31,484 bases of DNA from a virus (IMGVR_UViG_3300020045_003117:1-31484), one strand, 5' to 3'; shown: positions 16,814 to 26,273, counted from the stretch's first letter. The notes: generated by a model from the sequence alone, not told the origin. Numbers and translations are program-made.

Positions 16814-18484
16814 TTAATTTTTTGCAGCAAATAACTCTTTGCGTATTTTCTCGCAAAAGCCCGCGAACTTGACACAGCTTAACCTTGATTTATCGGAGTT
16901 TATGAGCTCACAATTTGCCTGTAATTCTCTAGCCTCTTTGTCGCAGTTTTTTTGATATAAAGACTGGACAATTGGATATGTTTGCCTCAATATTGCAGAA
17001 ATAGCCAGATACCTGGTTGCATTTTCGTACTTACTGGCTTTAATGGCATAGGGCTGTATAGCCTTTAAAAATGCCTGTTCTTTCGTTGTATCGCCGCGTT
17101 TCTTTCCTGATCGAGAACTAGTCCCAGATCCCTCACCTGTTTTTCTGGCAACTCTTTTAATCTCAACGTCAGTAGTGTAACCTCCTGATTTTGTTACGCT
17201 GTGTGTGCTCTCAGTAACGTGCCATGTGCCGTTAAGCATGCCGAAACCTGTCAACTCAAAGTTATTACCAGCAACTAGTAAAGGATCGCCAACAACTGAA
17301 AACGAGCCCTCCTGAGCTTTACTATTACGAGCATGTAACTCCGATTTAGCCATTGCTTCTGCCTGTTCTGTATTCTCTGCCCTACTCTTAATTTCGATAC
17401 TATCCTCAGACGTATTCTCTGTATAGGTCTCGCCGTTTTCAGCAGTTTGCTCTTCGACTACAGCTGTAGACGTAACCGTTTGCTTTGTGTCTGGATTGTG
17501 GTGTTTTACAGTTACCGAGCTAGCGGTTTCTGAGGTTTTATCTTTAAATGAGTAGGAGATTAACTGTAACTTATCGACGATAGTGACAGGCTTTGAGCCC
17601 TCGAGTGTTTTTATGTTATAGAATACCATAACCGTGCCTTTGATTGAAAAGGCAAAGCCGTACTCATTGGATATACGATTTAAAAACGCTAGATCCGTCT
17701 CCTGGAATTGATTTTTATTTCCAAGAGTGATCCTGTTTAGTCCTATACTGGTTGTCTTTGTATATTCGCGACTAGTGTTAGCTAATACAATTATAATTTC
17801 AGAGCAGAACGATGAAAATTTGAAACAGTTCGCTTTCGTCATATTAGCGGCTAAAAACTTACAATTAGAGGCCAATAAGTCCGCCTCAGCTTGGTAGCCC
17901 TTATCTGTTAATTGCCTAATAACCTTAAAAGTATTTATTTGCAAGGCTGCAATACCCAGATACCTCTCTGTATTTTCTTTTGCACCTAAATCTCTGGCGT
18001 ATTTAGATAGGACCTGGAGCTCTGCCTGCTCCTTTAATGTGTCTGGTCTCTTTAGTTTAACAGTAGTTGTACCGTCGTCTAGCGTGAGCTCGTGCTCTTT
18101 GCAGACATTCTCGGCGAGCTGTTTGAGTGTTATACCCTCACTGTTTTTACTTTTTTTAGTCCTTAATTTACTGGTCGGAAATACAGCTGTCGCTCGAATG
18201 TTTACAGTGTCAGGCGGGCCTCCAAATTCAATCTCGTCGATTTTGAAAGTGCCACACTCGACGAGATTATCATCATATCCTAACTTTGCGCTAAGTGTAG
18301 ATTTTTTTGTTGGATACCAGCTCGTTTTCCAAAGCCCGTCAACGTCCTCAATCTGCAAATCGAGGTCGTCTGTTTGACCAGAGACTTTATCTTTATAGGT
18401 AAAAGACAGCAAGCCATTGGATATGTCCGCAGATATATCAACACCGTCGTATATTACTTTAACCTTTGAGCGAGCTGAAAACAT
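16814..18484 (-). CDS. Baseplate hub, late control D-like, with inserted and C-terminal extra domains
   Basis: SFTYKD...DDLDLQIED, GTFKIDEIE..GPPD, QFQETDLAFLNRI..EYG, GDPLLVAG; 556 aa. Confidence 0.92.
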   Translation of the reverse strand: MFSARSKVKVIYDGVDISADISNGLLSFTYKDKVSGQTDDLDLQIEDVDGLWKTSWYPTKKSTLSAKLGYDDNLVECGTFKIDEIEFGGPPDTVNIRATAVFPTSKLRTKKSKNSEGITLKQLAENVCKEHELTLDDGTTTVKLKRPDTLKEQAELQVLSKYARDLGAKENTERYLGIAALQINTFKVIRQLTDKGYQAEADLLASNCKFLAANMTKANCFKFSSFCSEIIIVLANTSREYTKTTSIGLNRITLGNKNQFQETDLAFLNRISNEYGFAFSIKGTVMVFYNIKTLEGSKPVTIVDKLQLISYSFKDKTSETASSVTVKHHNPDTKQTVTSTAVVEEQTAENGETYTENTSEDSIEIKSRAENTEQAEAMAKSELHARNSKAQEGSFSVVGDPLLVAGNNFELTGFGMLNGTWHVTESTHSVTKSGGYTTDVEIKRVARKTGEGSGTSSRSGKKRGDTTKEQAFLKAIQPYAIKASKYENATRYLAISAILRQTYPIVQSLYQKNCDKEARELQANCELINSDKSRLSCVKFAGFCEKIRKELFAAKN

Positions 18485-18485
18485 A

Positions 18486-18692
18486 TTATTTTTTAATTAT
18501 TAAAACCTTAATCGCAGTCTTTATTTTATTTCCTTGAAACTCCCCAACGGGTAGTAAACCACAACCGTGCTCTTCACTCCACGCTTTTAAAAATAAATTA
18601 AAAGCATCAGTTGCTTTTTTTAATTTCTCTGCTTCAATTTTTTCTAATAATTCGCGAGCGTTTTCCTCTTCGGATTTAATTTGGTTTTTCAT
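18486..18692 (-). CDS. Small helical protein, possible fibre assembly chaperone
   Basis: 68 aa; coiled N-terminus then EEHGCGL; downstream of a fibre-like gene. Confidence 0.5.
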   Translation of the reverse strand: MKNQIKSEEENARELLEKIEAEKLKKATDAFNLFLKAWSEEHGCGLLPVGEFQGNKIKTAIKVLIIKK

Positions 18693-18694
18693 CG

Positions 18695-18970
18695 TTATAA
18701 AATCATGTTGTATAAAAAGGTTTTTTCTTTTTCAGCACTTAACTCAATTTCTTGATCAACATCTAATTCGATTGTCCGAACGTGATGCGCATCAAGTGTT
18801 TTTCCTCCGCAATCTACTAGCTTAACATCTTCTCCATTTATAGTGAAAATGTTTTCTTTTTCTAATAAATTCCAAATTTTTAAAAACACTATTTGTGGTT
18901 TATCTGATTTAAAAACAACTGTTTTGTTTTTTGGTATTACTTGATTTTCTAAATGTAATTTCTGCGCCAT
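18695..18970 (-). CDS. Hypothetical protein (91 aa)
   Basis: Tightly packed ORF in an AT-rich cassette. Confidence 0.7.
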   Translation of the reverse strand: MAQKLHLENQVIPKNKTVVFKSDKPQIVFLKIWNLLEKENIFTINGEDVKLVDCGGKTLDAHHVRTIELDVDQEIELSAEKEKTFLYNMIL

Positions 18971-18981
18971 TGCTTTTATTT

Positions 18982-20559
18982 TTATAACATTACTTCAAAT
19001 TGTCCGTCAGATGCTTTAGTTCCTCCAACGATGAATGTGGCACCAGCCATATCTCTTTGGATTATGAATTGAGAAAGGCCTGCATCCATTCTAACGCGCC
19101 CAGGAGTCGTTTGTGGAGTTCCATTATTAGTTACTCGAACTGACGTATAATTTTGAGGCTGATTAGCGCTAACAGTAAATGGCATTCCCGCTACAATTAA
19201 ATTATTAGTATCACTCGTTCCGCTCAAATTGTAAATGATTTGTGCCATACCGTCTGTTATTTTATACCAAACTGAAATGGTGGGAGTTCCACTAAATCCA
19301 ATAACAGTAACCGTAGAACTTACATCAATCCATCCCGTTTTGTCCACTTTAAGCGCTAAATCAATATCGTCAGCTAACGTCGAAGTTCGATCTTTAAGCG
19401 TGTGCACCCTGTCAGCGGTAAGTAAATCAAGTTTTAGATCTGTTTTAAACGCAATAGCAGGTGCTTTAATGCTCCAAGCATCACGAGTTGCATTAGTTTT
19501 TATATGTCCTGTAATAATGTTATTTTCCTCTACTTCAAAGCCTGAACCAACAGCGCTGCCAGTTGCGCCATTATAATTAAGCGTGATTAATTTATCTTCT
19601 ACGTATTGATTAGCCACATATTCGTAGTGTGTGGACGCAAATATATTAACCGTTGACCCAACATTACCAATATTTATTACATCAGATGTTCCTCCAAGAT
19701 TAATAGTCTTAGCATCAATCCCTATAAATTCACCGAAGGCATTAACATCTATAGCAGAAACTCTGTAATTAATACCATCATTCCAGTTACTGCTAAGTAT
19801 TAATTGAGCCGTAACAGCATCATTCTGAAGAATCAAATTACTATTACTAAAAGTGCCTGAAAAGTTATATTGAGTATCAATTTGAAACTGTCTACTACCT
19901 CCAATATCACTAATTCCCTGAACAAAACATTGTCCGTCAGTCTGATCTCCAAATAAAAAGCTGACTCCATTATTAAAATATAAAGTATTGTCAGACTCAT
20001 TAATCGTTAAAGTGCTACCAAATTTATTTAAAGGGCTAACAAATGTATTCTTAACATTATGTGCATAAGTTGTATCTACTTCGCTTTGAGTAATAGCTGC
20101 CACAATAGAACCATTACTCCAATCCATTACAGAGCCGTTGTCATTGCTTTGAAATGCACCTGTATTACCAAGAGCAGAATACGCTAGTTTAGTTAAACCG
20201 TCAATTACTGACAACGTTGAATCGCCAGATAACGATACAATGTCTAAATTATTAGTGTGATTTCCAAGGCTTAATACACTTGCCAATCCCTGAGCCCCAT
20301 TATCAATCCATGTACCTGAATCAGATAATACTTGCCCAGTTGGAGTCGTTTTTTTAATAAATGATACATCGACGATACCATTATTGTCAATGCCTAAGTA
20401 ACCATTGTTAACATTAAGATCACTTAATATATTTAAGGTACTTTCTATAATATCCAAATAACGATCACGGGCAGTATTACCCTTTATTAATCGGTTAGGA
20501 TTAGTATATATAGTGTTATTAACGACAGTCGTTAAGCCTCCTCTGTTTAATTGTGCCAT
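18982..20559 (-). CDS. Putative second tail fibre/receptor-binding structural protein
   Basis: 525 aa, Asn/Gly/Ser/Thr-rich beta character; VEDKLITLN...GSGFEVE segment; C-terminal head-like domain starting TGWID. Confidence 0.65.
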   Translation of the reverse strand: MAQLNRGGLTTVVNNTIYTNPNRLIKGNTARDRYLDIIESTLNILSDLNVNNGYLGIDNNGIVDVSFIKKTTPTGQVLSDSGTWIDNGAQGLASVLSLGNHTNNLDIVSLSGDSTLSVIDGLTKLAYSALGNTGAFQSNDNGSVMDWSNGSIVAAITQSEVDTTYAHNVKNTFVSPLNKFGSTLTINESDNTLYFNNGVSFLFGDQTDGQCFVQGISDIGGSRQFQIDTQYNFSGTFSNSNLILQNDAVTAQLILSSNWNDGINYRVSAIDVNAFGEFIGIDAKTINLGGTSDVINIGNVGSTVNIFASTHYEYVANQYVEDKLITLNYNGATGSAVGSGFEVEENNIITGHIKTNATRDAWSIKAPAIAFKTDLKLDLLTADRVHTLKDRTSTLADDIDLALKVDKTGWIDVSSTVTVIGFSGTPTISVWYKITDGMAQIIYNLSGTSDTNNLIVAGMPFTVSANQPQNYTSVRVTNNGTPQTTPGRVRMDAGLSQFIIQRDMAGATFIVGGTKASDGQFEVML

Positions 20560-20870
20560 TAGTCAAATGATTTATCAAAGCTCTCAGGTACTGGCGTTAT
20601 ATTTGCCAAGCTTTCTGCCACCTGTTGTACTTCTGGACTTAACTCTGCCTGTACGCGTTTCCACGGCGGCAACTTATCCAGGTTATTTGTTTGATCCTCT
20701 TCGCGAATTGGCACTATTAATTTAACACCACCCTCAAAAATGTCTGTAATTGCTATATTTGGATTTGCGTCCTGTATATCATTAAAGTCGCTATCGTCGC
20801 CGTATGCTTTTAACGCAACAGTGTCCCAGCGATCTCCTTTAATTGTTGTATATTCCGCGTTATCTGGCAT
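20559..20870 (-). CDS. Tail protein X (LysM-like)
   Basis: YTTIKGDRWDTVALKAYGD...DANP...GVKLIVP...LPPWKR. Confidence 0.92.
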   Translation of the reverse strand: MPDNAEYTTIKGDRWDTVALKAYGDDSDFNDIQDANPNIAITDIFEGGVKLIVPIREEDQTNNLDKLPPWKRVQAELSPEVQQVAESLANITPVPESFDKSFD

Positions 20871-20873
20871 TTT

Positions 20874-21845
20874 TTAAGTTTTTCCTTTTACGGCAACCGC
20901 CGCCGTCACACCTACAGACGAAGTATTTAGCGTTTTTAATGCTGCAACAAGGTCCTCGCCCAAAGTTACTGTATCTTTTTGAAATCCCAAAATTGTTATT
21001 GCATCTGGAGTATTAGTCACTGGATTAGGTAAACCTGCTAAATTTGATATTAAGGTTTGTCCAGCCATTAAAACAACTTGAGCAGCAGATACAGAGGCAG
21101 CCAATGTCGGCGAATAAGTATTTATAGTGGGATTAGATGCCATTAGTGCCGTTAAAAGCGTCAGAGAGTCCTCCAAATCATTTAAAGAGCGATTTACGAT
21201 AGCAGTCACAGACGGCAAAACATCCATAAATTTTTGAGCTGGAGGTATCGAGGTCTCCATTGGATCAGGAACCGTCGCAATTTGTTTGTCGACGGCAATA
21301 AACTCCTCGTTAACTGCTGTACCAGACTGACCAGCTACTTTATTGTTATTCGCTACCTCGAGCGCAGGGTTATTGACAGCGGTAATATCGCTATTCACTG
21401 GCAAAGGACGGTTTGCAGTGACAGCGAAAGCCTCTGACTTTGCCTGCGCTCGACGTAACGCCCCAACGGGGTTACTGCCAGCCTCTAAAAGTGTAATATC
21501 TAAAGTTATTAAAACATAAGCGCCAGACGGATCAGTCTGAGCTGGTGAGCGATTGATAGATTTTAGTATATAATCACCCTCATATTTGCCATTTCCGTAA
21601 AGTAATGGCATAATTTCCCCGCTAGATCTTTTCGCCTCTAGCTTTTCGTACTGCTCCTCTGGTATACAAAAGGCAGCATGTAGGGCTATTTTTCCAGTAA
21701 ACTCACGCAGGCCGTCACCTGTACGTTGTAAACGTGGCTTACGGTTGATTAGTTCGTGCTGAGCATAGCTCGCCTCGACAGTGTCATTAAATGACTCAAA
21801 GCCTAGCAGGCCCTCAAATACAATATCTCCGAGCTGTAAATACAT
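20874..21845 (-). CDS. Tail protein U-like with long C-terminal extension
   Basis: MYLQLGDIVF, YAQHELINRKPRLQRTG, PLLYGNGKYEGDYIL, ITLLE; follows tape measure. Confidence 0.85.
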   Translation of the reverse strand: MYLQLGDIVFEGLLGFESFNDTVEASYAQHELINRKPRLQRTGDGLREFTGKIALHAAFCIPEEQYEKLEAKRSSGEIMPLLYGNGKYEGDYILKSINRSPAQTDPSGAYVLITLDITLLEAGSNPVGALRRAQAKSEAFAVTANRPLPVNSDITAVNNPALEVANNNKVAGQSGTAVNEEFIAVDKQIATVPDPMETSIPPAQKFMDVLPSVTAIVNRSLNDLEDSLTLLTALMASNPTINTYSPTLAASVSAAQVVLMAGQTLISNLAGLPNPVTNTPDAITILGFQKDTVTLGEDLVAALKTLNTSSVGVTAAVAVKGKT

Positions 21846-23602
21846 TAAAATTTGTTTCTATTAGCTTTGCGAACAGCCTCCTCAATGACTTTCATTAACT
21901 GCTTTTCATTCTTTTTAAGCATTTGCTCGAAAGTATCTTTGTCAGCGGATCCCTGTATAATAATTTTAGGCGAGTAATGTACGGTAATACCGCCACCTCC
22001 GCCGCTACCTCCGCCAGTCAATGAGTTTGCAGCCTTCCCAGAACTTACTCCCATATTACCGGCAACCATTGCGGCCGCGGTAGTTGCTTTCATAGCCTTA
22101 ACTAACGGACCAGGCTTAACGCTCTGAGCAATAGTTTCAACCAATCTTATTTTATGTATATCCTTTAAAGCGCCTACTTTTGCAGGGCTAAACGGTAAAT
22201 ACTCTCGTATTTTGCTAACCATTCCTTTGATTGCGTCAATAGGCTTATTAACAAAAGCTTTGATGCCCTCCCAAATAGATTTTACTATGTTAGCGCCAGC
22301 GTTATACATACGACTAGGCAATGTAACCATCCATTTATGGAAATCCATAAATTTTTGTTTTACATTAGTCCAAAGATTACCAAAAAATTCCTTTATTTTA
22401 CCCCAGTTATCAATTATTAACTTAACAGGCAGCATAAATGGTAAATTTATAATCCAATTCCATGCCTTTTTAAAAACATCTTTTATGCCCTGCCAAAGAT
22501 TAATGAAAAATTTCTTAATAGGTTCCCAATACTTGTATATAAGAGCTGCCGCCATCGCTATAAGCGTTATTATTAAAAGAATAGGATTTGACATCATTAT
22601 AATTGTAACAACACGGATAACATTGCCTAAAAAGGCAAAAGCAGTACTTAAAACTCCCATAATAGTTGACATCGCACTCATTGCAGTAGATGCCAAACTA
22701 ATAACTTTAAATACACCACCTACTACAAAACTAACAGCCGATACTGCCAACATCAACGCAGCAGCTCCAGCAGCAACCATCATTATCGTCTGTGTAAGTT
22801 TTGGGTTTCTATCAATCCATGCCGTCACCTTGTCAATGACTGGCATTATAGCTTTAAACAATCTGTTTAATGCTGGTATGAGAGTTTGTCCCAACTTTAC
22901 GGCAACCATGTTGGCATTATCTTTTAAAGTCGAAAACTGCCCTAAAATACTTTTACTTTGGGCCTCAATACCGCCTTTAAACTTAGTATTGCCGACGTTT
23001 TTCAAGTATTGTTCAATTTCTTTAGAGTTTTTTTTGACCTTAGTGGTCACGCCCTGAAATGTAAAGGAGACCATGTCTCCCTGGGACTTAGCCTTAATAC
23101 CAAACTCTTTTAATCGTTCAAACTCGCCAGTCGCTGCATCGGCAACCGCCTCAACCATGTCGTTGAGCGATTTACCCATACCAGAGGCTATATTTCCGTA
23201 GGCCGTCAATGCTTTTTGTGACGGATCGAGACCCATGTTTTTTAACTTTACAAAGCCACGCATAACCTCCTCTAATTCATAAGGAGTCTGAGCGGCAAAT
23301 TTATTAATCTCCTTAAATGCCTTTGCAGCGGCAACTTCATTACCCTGAAACGCAGTTCGCAAAGAGATATTCATTTTTTCATATTGAGCAGCCGCCTTGA
23401 TTGCTAAACCAAGAGGAGCAGCAATAGCCAAACCGACAGCGCCAGAACTCCTGCCAATATCAAAGGCTTTATTTGCAATTAAGTTGGTTTTTTTAGAGAG
23501 CTGATCGAGTTTAGCAGTGGATTTATTAACAGCGTTGCCAATAATGCCAGACATTTTATCAATGGCACTCAAAATAACAGCTATTTTTAGATTTTTTTCC
23601 AC
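21845..23602 (-). CDS. Tail tape measure protein (GTG start)
   Basis: FAAQTPYEL, VADAATGEFERLKEFGI, hydrophobic Ala-rich segment, periodic W repeats. Confidence 0.95.
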   Translation of the reverse strand: MEKNLKIAVILSAIDKMSGIIGNAVNKSTAKLDQLSKKTNLIANKAFDIGRSSGAVGLAIAAPLGLAIKAAAQYEKMNISLRTAFQGNEVAAAKAFKEINKFAAQTPYELEEVMRGFVKLKNMGLDPSQKALTAYGNIASGMGKSLNDMVEAVADAATGEFERLKEFGIKAKSQGDMVSFTFQGVTTKVKKNSKEIEQYLKNVGNTKFKGGIEAQSKSILGQFSTLKDNANMVAVKLGQTLIPALNRLFKAIMPVIDKVTAWIDRNPKLTQTIMMVAAGAAALMLAVSAVSFVVGGVFKVISLASTAMSAMSTIMGVLSTAFAFLGNVIRVVTIIMMSNPILLIITLIAMAAALIYKYWEPIKKFFINLWQGIKDVFKKAWNWIINLPFMLPVKLIIDNWGKIKEFFGNLWTNVKQKFMDFHKWMVTLPSRMYNAGANIVKSIWEGIKAFVNKPIDAIKGMVSKIREYLPFSPAKVGALKDIHKIRLVETIAQSVKPGPLVKAMKATTAAAMVAGNMGVSSGKAANSLTGGGSGGGGGITVHYSPKIIIQGSADKDTFEQMLKKNEKQLMKVIEEAVRKANRNKF

Positions 23603-23742
23603 TAAGCCTCGTTCTCTTTGTTGTGTATTTTAATTGCCTTGTTTAAATAACGCATTATTTTTTTGCAAGACATTTTCATTAAATCCTCATAACGCCAACC
23701 TTTACCGACAAGAAAGAGGAAATTCTCAGCGGTTATAAAAAA
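23602..23742 (-). CDS. -1 frameshift extension of tail assembly chaperone (gpE+E' type)
   Basis: T TTT TTA at 23742-23736 immediately before TAA; the -1 frame reads ITAENFLFLVGKGWRYEDLMKMSCKKIMRYLNKAIKIHNKENEA and its TAG overlaps the tape measure GTG. Confidence 0.88.
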   Translation of the reverse strand, partial: FFITAENFLFLVGKGWRYEDLMKMSCKKIMRYLNKAIKIHNKENEA

Positions 23743-24137
23743 TTTACCTGTCCGAAATGCCCCTGAATTAACATATAATCTCGACCTCTCATAAATTTAA
23801 GATCCTCGGCGACAATTTTTTTACCGTCAATGGTTATAACCTGAGCCATAAGAGCCAAAGTATAAGAAATCTCTCCGCCCTCGGCTATTTCAGAAGCTAT
23901 CTCACAGTGGTAACCCTGAGACTCAATGACGCGAACCTTTCGACCGTCGGATAATTCAAACTCTTTAGCTCCATCTTCTCCGATAGCACCAAGAGCCTCG
24001 TTTAATTGTTCTTTTTTAAATTCCAGGTTTGGAATATTAACAATAGGGCTTTTGCCAGCTTTTTTAGCAGCAGCTTTTTTAGCTGGTAACTTTTTTACAA
24101 CGTCTCCAGCTGTTGTTTTTTCATTGAATTTACTCAT
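23733..24137 (-). CDS. Tail assembly chaperone
   Basis: Between tube and tape measure; IDGKKIVAEDLKFMRGRDY; terminal slippery site. Confidence 0.85.
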   Translation of the reverse strand: MSKFNEKTTAGDVVKKLPAKKAAAKKAGKSPIVNIPNLEFKKEQLNEALGAIGEDGAKEFELSDGRKVRVIESQGYHCEIASEIAEGGEISYTLALMAQVITIDGKKIVAEDLKFMRGRDYMLIQGHFGQVNFL

Positions 24138-24159
24138 TTTGTCCTTTGCTTTAATTTTG

Positions 24160-24231
24160 TAGCGGGAAGTGGAATCGAACCACTGACCTGAGGATTATGA
24201 GCCCTCCGTTCTGCCCCTGAACTATCCCGCA
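24160..24231 (-). tRNA. tRNA with CAT anticodon (Met/fMet-like), CCA not encoded
   Basis: TGCGGGA TA GTTC AGGGGCA GAAC G GAGGG CTCATAA TCCTC AGGTC AGTGG TTCGATT CCACT TCCCGCT A folds to a full 72-nt cloverleaf. Confidence 0.93.
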
Positions 24232-24236
24232 ATATA

Positions 24237-24758
24237 TTACGCTCCTGTATTCGCTTTGTATTGAGCCAATAAATCGACTCCGTTAACTTTGAAAATATTA
24301 GCCATTGGGTCAAATTCAACGATAACCTCGCCGTTAATTTCCTGCTTAAAATAATAACAAGTCAAATTACTCTCTAGCTCAACATTATCGTGTTGCTTAA
24401 TATTTCCACCCGGGAAACCCTTTGGCGCTACTTTCATAAATATAACCATAGGAACCTGACCAGAACGTCCACCGTTATCGTAAGTCTCTAAAGATGCACG
24501 ACACTGCAATGAAATATTTTTAAAAGGATCAGCAAATTTTTTCATAGCATTCGTATAGTACGAGTTCCATTTGATTTTAGCCTCCATTTTTTCAATGCCA
24601 GCGAAAAACTCCAAAGTACCTACCATGCCTAGAGCTTTATGCTCAGCCATTTTAAAGTTAATCATTGGCAAATTAATTTCCTCCGCCTTACCTAGAAAGC
24701 TCTCACCATCTAAATAGATATTACAATTTGTTACTCGGTTTATATTTATTTGTGACAT
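24237..24758 (-). CDS. Major tail tube protein (P2 FII-like)
   Basis: NCNIYLDGESFLGKAEEINLP, GIEKMEAKIKW, YYFKQEING, IFKVNGVDLL. Confidence 0.95.
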   Translation of the reverse strand: MSQININRVTNCNIYLDGESFLGKAEEINLPMINFKMAEHKALGMVGTLEFFAGIEKMEAKIKWNSYYTNAMKKFADPFKNISLQCRASLETYDNGGRSGQVPMVIFMKVAPKGFPGGNIKQHDNVELESNLTCYYFKQEINGEVIVEFDPMANIFKVNGVDLLAQYKANTGA

Positions 24759-24804
24759 TTTCTTTTAGTATTAAAAGTTAATTTTTTATTTAATTTAACT
24801 AGTA

Positions 24805-26262
24805 TTATACAATACTAGCTAGGTAAGTTGAATCAATATGAGACTTGAAAGTGATCCATTCCATTGGAGTCGGCGGACAAAATTCAGTATCAAAGTTAAT
24901 ATGTCCAGCAGCCAAATCAGAGTCGGCTTCATTAAAATAGCAACCAGTTGAGCGTCCTGTTACAGGGTTTTTACCGTCAACCAAAGCGCCACGAGCAATC
25001 AAGGTGTTTAAGAAATTATTAACAGTATCTCGAACAGCATCAACCTGAGCCTGTACAATCGGTTTATCAATATACGGCAGCATAGCCTCCTCAATGCTTT
25101 CGTTAATTACGTCCTGTACTGTTCTCACACATGTGAAATTTGATACGTGAGTATCTGTAGGGTAAGCCGCAGAACGATTGCCCCAAGTACGTAAACCTGT
25201 ACCGAATGAGTTAAATTGAGTGGTAATTCCAGCCTTATTCAACTGATTTGCCTCAGTGTCAGGGTCGTTAATTCCAGCCGATATCGCTATTGCAGGGCCT
25301 GCAATTCCTTTAATTTCACGATTTGATGCTGAAAACCAGTAACCGTTCTCTCTAATATTAGCACACATAACGCCTGCGTAATACATAGAGTAAACCTGCT
25401 CGATGATCTTAGCTGCGTCAGTATCTAAAATTGATGGATCCTTTGCGTAACCCTTTAAATTTGGGTACAATAAAATAGCTCGTTTACTTGACGTATTAAA
25501 TGGAACTCCAGACGGACCTCTATCAGCAATCGCCTCAGCTGGTGTTTTAGCCGTCACCTGGTCAATTAAAGCATCACCTCTGTACTTATCAGCTAAAATC
25601 AATAACTGAGCTTTTACAGCAGATATTTGAGAGTAACCAGGCATAATAAATATTTTTGGACGGTATCCAAAAGTATTGAAAGCTAATTCAAATAAAACTG
25701 AACCAGTACGAACGCCTGACGTGTTAGCCCCAATCAATAAACCAGAAGTAACAGCCGCTCCGTTAATCTTTTTATAAGTAACTTTTAATGTCGCGCCATC
25801 CACTAAAGCAGCTACCAACGCAACAATATTACCAAACTCATCAATAGAGTAATCAGTATCTTTAACATAAGTTGGCGTACCAGACGTATGAGTCACAACA
25901 GTGTCCACAGCTTGCACCGGAACAAATGCCGTTTTTGCTTTACGCGTCGAGGTACCAGTGCCAATAACAACAGACTCAGCGGTTACAGCCGTAGCCATCG
26001 CCGTCTCGTCCCAGATATTGACAACCATAATAGTACCAGATCCCTGATTCTGGATAGCGTTAATTGCTTGTGGGATATTAAACCCAGGCAACTCTAAACC
26101 AAATTGAGCAGCCTCAGACGGATTATTTACAACAACCAACTCCTGAGCAGGACCTTTTGGAGCAATCCCAACTAGACCAACAACGGCCGTTTTAATAACT
26201 GACACAGGTTTTGATCCTGTATTATCGATAATGGTCTCAACACCATGCAAAAAATCTATCAT
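24805..26262 (-). CDS. Tail sheath protein (P2 FI-like)
   Basis: FLHGVET, TAVVGLVGIAP, GYWFSASN, LNKAGIT, GLRTWGNRS, PPTPME. Confidence 0.96.
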   Translation of the reverse strand: MIDFLHGVETIIDNTGSKPVSVIKTAVVGLVGIAPKGPAQELVVVNNPSEAAQFGLELPGFNIPQAINAIQNQGSGTIMVVNIWDETAMATAVTAESVVIGTGTSTRKAKTAFVPVQAVDTVVTHTSGTPTYVKDTDYSIDEFGNIVALVAALVDGATLKVTYKKINGAAVTSGLLIGANTSGVRTGSVLFELAFNTFGYRPKIFIMPGYSQISAVKAQLLILADKYRGDALIDQVTAKTPAEAIADRGPSGVPFNTSSKRAILLYPNLKGYAKDPSILDTDAAKIIEQVYSMYYAGVMCANIRENGYWFSASNREIKGIAGPAIAISAGINDPDTEANQLNKAGITTQFNSFGTGLRTWGNRSAAYPTDTHVSNFTCVRTVQDVINESIEEAMLPYIDKPIVQAQVDAVRDTVNNFLNTLIARGALVDGKNPVTGRSTGCYFNEADSDLAAGHINFDTEFCPPTPMEWITFKSHIDSTYLASIV

Positions 26263-26273
26263 TTTTTTATGTT

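Noticed and set aside
22212-23057. 281-aa plus-strand ORF and other antisense ORFs (e.g. 2326-2712, 11937-12317, 18039-18377, 19235-19576)
   Set aside because: Shadow frames opposite well-supported genes, with no recognisable motifs
24134-24319. 61-aa ORF
   Set aside because: Overlaps the tube gene and reads through the tRNA
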